The position numbers were made by a program, and so were the translations under genes. Below are positions 27,312 to 35,590 of a DNA stretch of 64,000 nt, piece by piece (within the stretch, counting starts at the first letter, position 1; each line of letters starts with the position of its first letter). The stretch is from Bdellovibrionales bacterium (GTDB lineage Bacteria > Bdellovibrionota > Bdellovibrionia > Bdellovibrionales > UBA1609), in the NCBI GenBank assembly GCA_965203785.1, contig OZ241911.1:672540-736539 (forward strand). Direction: 5' to 3'. Under the pieces are notes generated by a model, which had not been told where the DNA came from, searched no databases, and saw nothing but the letters and a program-made list of their open reading frames with translations.

Positions 27312-27899
27312 TTATATTCTTTTTTTGAACGGTTTTTGGCAAGTGTTACTTGATATGTTTGTAGTGTTACTTGCTATTTTTGCTTTTAGTTGTGTGATTT
27401 CTGTTGCAATTTTTTTTATTTTTTGTTGATATTCTGGGTTCAATTTTGATATTCGATTATCATCTACTATAAAATCATAAAATTCTTTCGAAAGATCTAT
27501 TACTGTTTTTGTTAGTTGTTTGTCTTCTTTATTTTTTGTTAGCTGGTCTATTTTATCAGCTAGTTTTTCTATTTTTACCATTATATCCTTGTCAATTGAG
27601 GTCAATTTTAATGTGTCAAAATTCTTTATTACAATATACATCAAATCTTCTAAAAGGTATATTATTAGCTTATCTGCTACTTGATTGTCTTTTGGTATTT
27701 CTCTCTTATCTAATTTTGTTTTTAACTGTTTTTCTTTGTTTTTTAGATCCTCAGCCTTATTAGAGGGAGTGTCACCCAATACAGCATCAACTAATCCATC
27801 AACAAAACTTCCTACATCACCAAAAAAACCACTTGCATTGACTTGCCTAGAGATAGATAAGTTTATTACTAAAAATAAAATCAATAAGTAAGGTTTCAT
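27312..27899 (-). CDS. hypothetical secreted K/E-rich helical protein
   Basis: Signal peptide MKPYLLILFLVINLSISRQVNA. Charged, coiled-coil-like composition. Confidence 0.6.
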   Translation of the reverse strand: MKPYLLILFLVINLSISRQVNASGFFGDVGSFVDGLVDAVLGDTPSNKAEDLKNKEKQLKTKLDKREIPKDNQVADKLIIYLLEDLMYIVIKNFDTLKLTSIDKDIMVKIEKLADKIDQLTKNKEDKQLTKTVIDLSKEFYDFIVDDNRISKLNPEYQQKIKKIATEITQLKAKIASNTTNISSNTCQKPFKKRI

Positions 27900-28111
27900 A
27901 ATTTTTTGAAAGTTCTATTTGAAATTATTTGTATATTTATCACATATTTCATTATTATTGCAATGATTTTTAATTTTTAGAATAAATAGTGTAAATATTA
28001 CAAATACTTGTAAGATATTGATATAAAAAGAATTACAAGTCAAAGCCATAGCTTTTAATACGATGCGTTAAAAAAGGTATTTCAAATATTTTATATTTTA
28101 TGATGATTTTT

Positions 28112-28987
28112 TTATGGATTGAAAATTTTATTTTTTTTGGAATCAACACGGTTAAAATCAACACGATTAGATATTTTTTTAAATTTATTAAATGCATGTA
28201 AATGAATATTTAACATATAATCAAAGTCTGTATTTTCTAAAATACAATCTTCAAGTGGTATGTCATTCCATTTATTATTTATTTTTTCTTTACAATAGGA
28301 CATTATTTTACTTTCATTTTTTGTTATAACTGGTGGATCTGGAAAACTTAAAGCATGCCCTAATTCATGAAGCATTGTCTGTATTTTCATCTTCTCTGGA
28401 ACATTTTTGTTTATCCATAAAATAAGGATATTATCACTATTACTGTTACAATCTCTTTTAGGACAAGAATGCGAATAATGACCAAGATGATGTTGATTAG
28501 ACATGATTTGACTTGTCTTAACTAGAATGACAACATATTTTGTGTAATCACAAGATTCTACAAAAAGAGGACTTTTTATTATTTTATATTTATCTAGTAG
28601 TGTATTGTAATAATTTTTATAATTTGTATTCCATATATTGATAGCTTTTTTCATATATTTTTTGTCAAGGTTAGATATATTATTTTCTTCTATACAAACA
28701 CCGTAAGGAAACCACTTTGGTTGATTTAAAGCATATCTAACACTAATGATATTTCTTTTTTTTAGACGATATTCTATAAATTTTGATTCTCCTTTTTTAT
28801 TGACCTTTCCTAATTGTAACAAATTAGTTTCAACTAAATTCACTTCTTTGAAAAACTGCTCTAAATACACTTCTAGTTCAAATGCAAATGCTTTTGACTC
28901 TTTTTCAGGCATAGATACTGCTTGAGCAGTATGGCATGTTATTATTTGTGAACAAAGGAGTATAAATAAAATATTAGTTATTTTCAT
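28112..28987 (-). CDS. secreted zinc metalloprotease-like protein (divergent member of the metzincin-like family in this window)
   Basis: Signal peptide, HELGHALSFPD (HExxH) and a downstream KIMSY Met-turn-like motif. The N-terminal region is distantly similar to the 31637 and 62269 proteins (PYGVCIE..NIWN..Y). Confidence 0.7.
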   Translation of the reverse strand: MKITNILFILLCSQIITCHTAQAVSMPEKESKAFAFELEVYLEQFFKEVNLVETNLLQLGKVNKKGESKFIEYRLKKRNIISVRYALNQPKWFPYGVCIEENNISNLDKKYMKKAINIWNTNYKNYYNTLLDKYKIIKSPLFVESCDYTKYVVILVKTSQIMSNQHHLGHYSHSCPKRDCNSNSDNILILWINKNVPEKMKIQTMLHELGHALSFPDPPVITKNESKIMSYCKEKINNKWNDIPLEDCILENTDFDYMLNIHLHAFNKFKKISNRVDFNRVDSKKNKIFNP

Positions 28988-29270
28988 ATATTTCTCTTAA
29001 GATTTTTTAGTTATTAGTAATAAAAATTTATCTATTTAGTACATAACAAATCATATAACAAATGTCATTTTTTTTATTTAGTTAATTTTTTTAGAGCATG
29101 TAGTATGTATATTTTACATATTGGTTTATTTTAATTAACCAAAGCTATTAAAATATATATTGTAAAAATTACAATGTGCAAAAATTTGTGCAAAAAATTG
29201 CAATCAAATACTATTTTTACTATATTCACATGAGGTTTATTTAGAAAAAATTGTAAAAAGGGAGGGATTT

Positions 29271-29786
29271 ATGAAAAACTTAGTACTCATAGCTATTGGT
29301 TGTGTAATTTATTTTCAGAATTTTAGTTTTGCAGTTGGACTATCTTACCAATATATGGAAGATCAAGAATATAATTTACCCATATCTCATGCATTGTATT
29401 TAAAAGAAGATGGAACAATTTGTGTAGCAAATTTTGAAGATCAAAAAGATCAAAATAATGTATTGGCACAAAATAAAAATTTAAGAGATCAAAACTTGGT
29501 TACCAAATGTAATGATGAAGATACCACAAGTAGTAAAAATTTAATTCTAGAATACCTAAGTAATTCTTCTTTTAAAGCAACAAAAGTATCATTTCCTGCA
29601 ATTGCAATGACAGGCGTTATTACAGCAGGTGTTGGATGTCTTTTTGGTTTTATAGGAGCAGATGTCGTTTTAGGTGGAGTAGGTTATGAACCTGATCAAT
29701 CTGATATCTATCCTACAGGTTCAGTAGTAGTGGGAGGTGCGTTTGGTGTATTGCTAGGTATTCCGTTGTTGGCAATGAATAACTAA
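29271..29786 (+). CDS. small secreted/membrane protein with Gly-rich C-terminal hydrophobic segments (distant paralog of 29713-30228 and 33485-34138)
   Basis: Signal peptide. YLKEDGTICVANFE resembles KEDGS(I/V)CAIDT in the paralogs. Gly-rich TM-like tail. Confidence 0.55.
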   Translation: MKNLVLIAIGCVIYFQNFSFAVGLSYQYMEDQEYNLPISHALYLKEDGTICVANFEDQKDQNNVLAQNKNLRDQNLVTKCNDEDTTSSKNLILEYLSNSSFKATKVSFPAIAMTGVITAGVGCLFGFIGADVVLGGVGYEPDQSDIYPTGSVVVGGAFGVLLGIPLLAMNN

Positions 29787-30228
29787 GCTTTTGAAGATTT
29801 TGTGTAGTTGGAGTGTCTTCATTGAATATTTGTCCGAATAAAATTTCCATACTTAACCCCATACCACAACCGATTAAGGTCGATCCTACAAAACCAACAG
29901 GTTTTACATAAGATTTATCTGTTAAGTATAAGTATTTTTTATCTTCTTTAATCAATTCTTCTTCTTCTGGTCCACATTTAGGTAAATTATGTGTTATGAG
30001 ATTTTCATGTTTTTTTGTTGCTGGTTGAGCAAAATTAGGCACAAGGTCTGATCTGCCTCGTGTATCTATTGCACATATACTACCATCCTCTTTAGTATAA
30101 ATACCTCCATAAACTACTATATTACTTTTATCTTCGTGAGGGGTTCTCTCCCATTCTAAATTGTAAGATTGACCAAAAACAGTATATGGAAATAGAAAAC
30201 ATATAGTTAAAACTAAATAATTTTTCAT
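29713..30228 (-). CDS. small secreted/membrane protein, paralog of 33485-34138
   Basis: I prefer the internal start MKNYLVLTICFLFPYTVFGQSYNLEW... Clear similarity to 33485-34138 (KEDGSICAIDTRGRSDLVPNF / KEDGSVCAIDTWGRSDLVPKF; HNLPKCGP(E/K)EE). The 3' end overlaps the convergent gene by 74 nt. Confidence 0.6.
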   Translation of the reverse strand: MKNYLVLTICFLFPYTVFGQSYNLEWERTPHEDKSNIVVYGGIYTKEDGSICAIDTRGRSDLVPNFAQPATKKHENLITHNLPKCGPEEEELIKEDKKYLYLTDKSYVKPVGFVGSTLIGCGMGLSMEILFGQIFNEDTPTTQNLQKLSYSLPTTEYLAIHQTHLPLLLNL

Positions 30229-30474
30229 AATAAATTCTCCACTCTTAAAATTAATAATATGTAAAACAGATAAATGCACAAAAAATAAGATAATATAAAA
30301 AAAAGTTAAAGAATGTAAATATTACACTATATGTAAGTTTATTTTAATTCAGAAATTAATTTAAAGATATGTGCTGTCGTATAAAACCAGCACTCATAAA
30401 AGTAACCATCCTAACAAGACTAAAGTATAATATTGTGTGCTTTTTTGTTAAATGAAACAAAAATAAAAAAACAC

Positions 30475-30509
30475 TTGCTTATATTCCAAATGTTATATTA
30501 CAATATAAT
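30475..30509 (+). promoter_or_regulatory. candidate sigma70-type promoter upstream of the heptamer tract
   Basis: TTGCTT (30475-80), N18, TACAAT (30499-504). Also a perfect TATAAT at 30504-09 and TGTTATATT at 30491-99. By eye only. Confidence 0.3.
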
Positions 30510-30717
30510 CAATAATCAATAATCAATAATCAATAATCAATAATCAATAATCAATAATCAATAATCAATAATCAATAATCAATAATCAATAATCAATAAT
30601 CAATAATCAATAATCAATAATCAATAATCAATAATCAATAATCAATAATCAATAATCAATAATCAATAATCAATAATCAATAATCAATAATCAATAATCA
30701 ATAATCAATAATCAATA
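30505..30717. repeat. heptanucleotide microsatellite (AATAATC)x29 plus partial end units
   Basis: 29 perfect tandem units at 30511-30713, counted from the sequence. The tract abuts the AGGAGG RBS (30717-22) of the gene starting at 30731. Confidence 0.97.
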
Positions 30718-30730
30718 GGAGGTTTTTGTC

Positions 30731-31309
30731 ATGAAAAACATTTTTTACATACTGTGTGTATTTGGTTTTATAGTGTCTTGTAATAAAGATAACCAAAGTG
30801 CATCTCAAAATGCAAAAGGAACTGTAGGAGCTGAGGTTACAAAAAAAGGTTTTACTGGACAACAGTTATCACCGCCAGTAGGTGTTCAACAGTATAAATC
30901 AACCAATCAACAATGTGGTGGATTTGATGATTATCGAGAAGAGGCATGTACTTGTCAGGGTAAAATAGCATCATGTGGTCTTAGCACTTTATCACCACCG
31001 CCAAATTCTACGCCTGTGACTAAGAGATATAATTGTCCTCCGAATGCATTAGAGGGTGGAGGAAATAAAATATTTGTTACATCATTTTTAGATGCTTTAG
31101 GTACTAATCAACCACCTAGTGGTTCACTGGTGGGTATACTCCAGTTATCAATTACTCCTCCAACACCACAGTATTTAGCATGCGTAGAAGTTATTAACAA
31201 TAACGACCAAGTTGTATTGACACAACATATTGATAACTCGCCTAGAGGTATAGCTGCTTGTCAACACCTTATTAGTTCAGAATCAAAAGGATGTACATTA
31301 GAACAATAG
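30731..31309 (+). CDS. Cys-rich putative lipoprotein
   Basis: Signal peptide with lipobox FIVSC, and multiple Cys in the mature part. No recognised family. Confidence 0.7.
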   Translation: MKNIFYILCVFGFIVSCNKDNQSASQNAKGTVGAEVTKKGFTGQQLSPPVGVQQYKSTNQQCGGFDDYREEACTCQGKIASCGLSTLSPPPNSTPVTKRYNCPPNALEGGGNKIFVTSFLDALGTNQPPSGSLVGILQLSITPPTPQYLACVEVINNNDQVVLTQHIDNSPRGIAACQHLISSESKGCTLEQ

Positions 31310-31636
31310 TAAATTTATTTTATATCATTATTATCTTATTTTATCCTCTTTTCTTACCCTCTTTAATTATAAAGAGGGTAAGAAGTTATTTTATCTCCTC
31401 CTTTTGAAAAATAATCCAGTTTTGATCAAATCTTTAGTTACCTAACTGTTGGTGTTTGATTTGCTCTATATCTTAAAAAAGCTGGCTTATTTGCTGTTCA
31501 CTCTCAAGTTTTAAAAAGATTAGCCTTAATAGTAATACTTATTGAATATTACCAGGTTGTCCCTCACAATGGGTAGAGGGTCTTACAGCTATTTTTTTTA
31601 ATAGTCTGCCTGGATACCCTATAAAATGTAGAGGAT

Positions 31637-32638
31637 ATGAAAGTGATACCTTTTCTGATTTTATTAAGTTTTAGCTCTTTTGCGAATGCTAATCAATTAT
31701 TCACAGGGACTGAAGAATCAGAAACAGAAGCGGGGACTATGTGTAATAGCCCAAAATGTCAAAAACGATATAGGGATGGCAATTGTATTGTATACACTAA
31801 TAACAGGCGTGGAGTTTACTCACCCACAAAGAAATACAAAAAGGAGGACTATCTTTTAAATTGGGAAGAATATCCTTGGGGTGTTTGTTTAGAGAAATCT
31901 AATTTAACAGATAAAGAAAAAGAATGGACACGGCATGCTATAAAAAATTGGAACGAAGGCTATAAGAAGTATGCAAAAAAAAGAGTAAATGAAATACCTC
32001 AATTAAAAAAACAAAAGCTTTTATTTATTGAGACTTGCCAACATCAAAAAAATGATACGGAAGACTATGGTATCAAAGACCATGGCATCATAGATATTGA
32101 AAAAGGAGGTTTACCAAATGAAAACGAAACTCTGTTTGGTTATTGGCAACCCTCATTCAAAATAAGTTTTGATGGCAACTGCAAATGGAAGGTAGGTATT
32201 AAAGGTTTTATTAGGGTAAAGAGAATGTCAAAAGTGAAGACAAAACAAAGATTTATAAATATTATGACGCATGAGTTAGGTCATGCAATTGGGATACCAC
32301 ATCTTCCTCCATGGGGTTTGTTCGAACAGGAAAACACACAGATTATGTATGGTAAGCAATTAGTATTATTTACGCCGTGTAATACTAAAAGGCAGATTTG
32401 TAAGCCTAAAAACGCTGATTTTAATGCTTTTGTAAAGCATCATAAATTTCTTAATGATGCTGATTTTGACGCCTTTGTAAAGCGACATAGCCCCCCATCA
32501 CTTAATAGAAAAATAATTAAGACTATTAAAGGAGCAAAAAAAGAAGCAGTCAAAGGGTTAGCAAAATCAAAAGAGGTAGGAGAAGAATTAGTCGAAGAGT
32601 TAGTAACCTCAATCGATGAATTTTTAAAATCTTTTTAA
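31637..32638 (+). CDS. secreted metzincin-like zinc metalloprotease
   Basis: Signal peptide, HELGHAIGIPH (= HExxHxxGxxH metzincin consensus) and the downstream Met-turn-like QIMYG. Internal duplication ADF(N/D)AFVK(H/R)H. Confidence 0.75.
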   Translation: MKVIPFLILLSFSSFANANQLFTGTEESETEAGTMCNSPKCQKRYRDGNCIVYTNNRRGVYSPTKKYKKEDYLLNWEEYPWGVCLEKSNLTDKEKEWTRHAIKNWNEGYKKYAKKRVNEIPQLKKQKLLFIETCQHQKNDTEDYGIKDHGIIDIEKGGLPNENETLFGYWQPSFKISFDGNCKWKVGIKGFIRVKRMSKVKTKQRFINIMTHELGHAIGIPHLPPWGLFEQENTQIMYGKQLVLFTPCNTKRQICKPKNADFNAFVKHHKFLNDADFDAFVKRHSPPSLNRKIIKTIKGAKKEAVKGLAKSKEVGEELVEELVTSIDEFLKSF

Positions 32639-32690
32639 GAAGGTGTAATTTTAAAACAATTTTGTAATATTTACACGATCTAAAAAAAAT

Positions 32691-32726
32691 AAATACAAAT
32701 ACAAATACAAATACAAATACAAATAC
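32691..32726. repeat. hexanucleotide microsatellite (AAATAC)x6
   Basis: Six perfect units read directly, 64 nt upstream of the ATG at 32790. Confidence 0.95.
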
Positions 32727-32789
32727 AATATATTAAGATATAATATATTAAGCATTATTTGTTGAATTTATTAAAAAGGAGGAAAAGCT

Positions 32790-33281
32790 ATGAAAACAAT
32801 ACTTTTTTTAAGCTTACTAAGTTTTGGGGTGTTTACTTCAGCATACCCAGTAGATATACAACAAGATGATTACACGCGAAAAGATTATAGTGGTATGGAC
32901 TTACAAGGTGCTGACTTTTCAGGGCAGTATTTAGTGAATGCAAATTTTACCCAAGCTGATTTGACTGGTGCTGATTTTAGTAATGCCAATTTAATTGGTG
33001 CAAAATTCCAATATTCTATTTTAACAGGTGCTAATTTTAGCAGAGCTAATTTATTGTATGCAAAATTTTGGATTTATGGAGAGCGTTGGGGAAAAGTGCA
33101 ATCATGGGTTAGATCATGGGTAATGGAAGAAGATCCTCAAAAAATAGCAAGTAGAAGACCAGGAATATGGGTATTTCCAGCTGATGTAGAAGGTGCTAAG
33201 TTTCAAGGTGCGATAGTTTTGCCTAAATTAAAGTATTTTTTAGAACACTATGGTATCCGTGATGAAATGATTGTTAGATAG
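32790..33281 (+). CDS. secreted pentapeptide-repeat protein
   Basis: Signal peptide, then A(D/N)LxG-type pentapeptide repeats: LQGADFSGQYLVNANFTQADLTGADFSNANLIGAKFQYSILTGANFSRANLLYAKF. Confidence 0.85.
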   Translation: MKTILFLSLLSFGVFTSAYPVDIQQDDYTRKDYSGMDLQGADFSGQYLVNANFTQADLTGADFSNANLIGAKFQYSILTGANFSRANLLYAKFWIYGERWGKVQSWVRSWVMEEDPQKIASRRPGIWVFPADVEGAKFQGAIVLPKLKYFLEHYGIRDEMIVR

Positions 33282-33484
33282 GTAACAATAAAAATAAGTA
33301 TTATTTAGTAAATAAAAATCAGAGGTGAGGCTTAGTTTCACCTCTAATATCTGGTCAATTTCTCTCTTTTATTATAGGCATATTCAAATATTATAACATA
33401 CTCAAATGAAAATATGATATGCTTGTGAGAATACTTTGTTTAAAGAACAAAGTTTAAAGAACAAAAAAAGATATAGGAGGGGTT

Positions 33485-34138
33485 ATGAAACTAATACTTT
33501 TTGTCAGTTTGTTAAGTGTTGGAGCTTTTGCAAATGCTAACTCTTACAATTTAGAAATGAATCACTACCCAACAGATACACTTAAAAGTGATATGGTAGT
33601 TAATACGGGTTTTTTTGTTAAAGAAGATGGTAGTGTATGTGCGATAGACACATGGGGAAGATCAGACCTTGTACCTAAATTTGCTAAAACAGCAAAAATA
33701 CAGCAAGCAAATATTATAGAACATAACTTACCTAAATGTGGACCAAAAGAAGAAGCATTTATTAAAGAAAATAGAAACCTATTATACTTAAAAGATAGTT
33801 ATGTTGAGCCTGTTGTGGCACCTGCTGTTGGGTTGGTGGCACCAACATTGGTAGGTTGTGGAGTTGGTTTATTTTGGGGTTCTTTTTTAACAAAAGAAAT
33901 AAACCCACGAAATAAATGGGGTGTTACAATTTTCAGTGCTGGAATGGGTAGTCTCTTAGGATTACTTACAAGTGGTTTTCCTTTAACATTTGAAAAGGAA
34001 ATTGCAATGACAAGTGTAGCTCAAAATCGTCTATTTATAAGTTTATTTATAAAAGGTATAGCTGGTGGTACATTAGGAGCTATAATATGTCAAAATGGTG
34101 TAGCTTATATTTTTGAGACGAAAGATAAAACTCTCTAA
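33485..34138 (+). CDS. small secreted/membrane protein, paralog of 29713-30228
   Basis: Signal peptide, conserved KEDGSVCAIDTWGRSDLVPKF and HNLPKCGPKEE blocks, and a Gly-rich hydrophobic C-terminal half. Confidence 0.65.
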   Translation: MKLILFVSLLSVGAFANANSYNLEMNHYPTDTLKSDMVVNTGFFVKEDGSVCAIDTWGRSDLVPKFAKTAKIQQANIIEHNLPKCGPKEEAFIKENRNLLYLKDSYVEPVVAPAVGLVAPTLVGCGVGLFWGSFLTKEINPRNKWGVTIFSAGMGSLLGLLTSGFPLTFEKEIAMTSVAQNRLFISLFIKGIAGGTLGAIICQNGVAYIFETKDKTL

Positions 34139-34369
34139 AGCATAAAAATAAGTATTGTAGACTGATTGCCCGGGGTTAGGTTATAAAAAAGAATACTCAT
34201 TCAGGTATGGTATAATTAGGGGAGAGGGAATTATGGATAAATTGATAGAGTTACTTTAAACAGATTGGGGTGGTGTTATTTTCTTAATACTTTATAACAA
34301 CATTTTTGTTTAGCCCGGTTGGTTTTGGATGTTAAGTGCAAAAATAGAGCCTATTAAAGAGCTATTATC

Positions 34370-35590
34370 TTAATCAATTACAACAGAGGCAAACCCAGAG
34401 CCTAAAATTCGGTAATTACTTATCTGACCCTGATACACTCGAGCTGTTAAATGTTGCACTTGATCTTTATACACATAAGCTCTAATATTATATTTCCACT
34501 TTCTATCTGAATTGTGGCGATTCGATTTTACAATTCCCGATGGTATGTTTTTTTGATATACCCCTAATTGTTGTATCAACTTATTAAATGTTTTTTTTGT
34601 GAGAGTTTCCCCGCTATAAACATCTTTACCTCCATGTTTTCTTAATGGTTTAAAAAAGAACTCCTTTCTTTTTACCCATAGTTGCTCAAATAAAAGAGGA
34701 GATATTAACCCAGTAAAAGGTAAAATACTTTTAATCAATTTTTGTTCAGATGGCTTTAAATTCAACTGGTTTAAAAAATCTACATTACACCATTCACAAA
34801 GTCGTTGTTTATCTGCTAATAACAAATACTCCAAAGGGTTAGGAGAAATACAGCACTGGCTATTTAGAAAAACTTTTTTTATATTGAGGTAGTTTTTTAA
34901 ATAAAAATCTGTGCAACGGTTATAAATCATATCTACTTTTTTTTGATTCTGAGTTATTAGCCACTTCTTATTTGGATGCCAATCAAGAGTGCTTATTTCG
35001 TGTAGCTGACAAGGCCATCCCCAACTGTTGATCCAATCTCGATACATTAAAAATTCTATATACCTTTTTTGTTTTTTAATTTGATGATCTGCAATCACCA
35101 CACAAGAAGGGACTGCATAAGGTTTGTTTGCATGAGATTTTTTTTTAATAAATAAATTCCATTCTTCTTGAAAAGATTTTTTTAAAACAGATAAAGCTTG
35201 TGTTTTTTTGCCATGTACTTGATCCACTAAATCGGAAAGTAAATAACTAGAACTGTTTGTGTTGACTTCAATTAAGTGAAGGTTTTCTTCTTCTTCGTTC
35301 CAGTGAAAGTCATAAGACATTAGTAAGCCACTTCTTAAACAATGAGGGAGATTTTGAAGATCTGTTTCTGAAGTTTGAATACAATGAATATAATTTTTTA
35401 GACGAGTGATATGGTATAAAATTTTAACAACCTTTTTTATTTTTTGTTTTGTTTTTTTAGGTATAGAAATTATAAAAGGAGAAACAGGGTAAACAGAAAG
35501 GTTTCCCTTAATAGCATTGGGATAAGTTTTTTTTACTAATGCTTTATATTTTTTTTGAAACTTTAAAAAAAAATCTTTATTGACCGGCAA
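34370..35590 (-). CDS. hypothetical protein, possibly ATP-grasp-like; co-oriented with and overlapping pmbA
   Basis: 406-aa ORF. The pattern MSYDFHWNEEEENLHLIEVNTNSS resembles the strand-loop-strand seen in (circularly permuted) ATP-grasp proteins. Weak, by eye. Start overlaps the pmbA stop by 14 nt. Confidence 0.5.
   Translation of the reverse strand: MPVNKDFFLKFQKKYKALVKKTYPNAIKGNLSVYPVSPFIISIPKKTKQKIKKVVKILYHITRLKNYIHCIQTSETDLQNLPHCLRSGLLMSYDFHWNEEEENLHLIEVNTNSSSYLLSDLVDQVHGKKTQALSVLKKSFQEEWNLFIKKKSHANKPYAVPSCVVIADHQIKKQKRYIEFLMYRDWINSWGWPCQLHEISTLDWHPNKKWLITQNQKKVDMIYNRCTDFYLKNYLNIKKVFLNSQCCISPNPLEYLLLADKQRLCEWCNVDFLNQLNLKPSEQKLIKSILPFTGLISPLLFEQLWVKRKEFFFKPLRKHGGKDVYSGETLTKKTFNKLIQQLGVYQKNIPSGIVKSNRHNSDRKWKYNIRAYVYKDQVQHLTARVYQGQISNYRILGSGFASVVID

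Noticed and set aside
30505-30717. Heptamer tract as a coding repeat or a mini-CRISPR
   Set aside because: The unit contains TAA, so every frame is closed. There are no spacers between units. It is a pure microsatellite.
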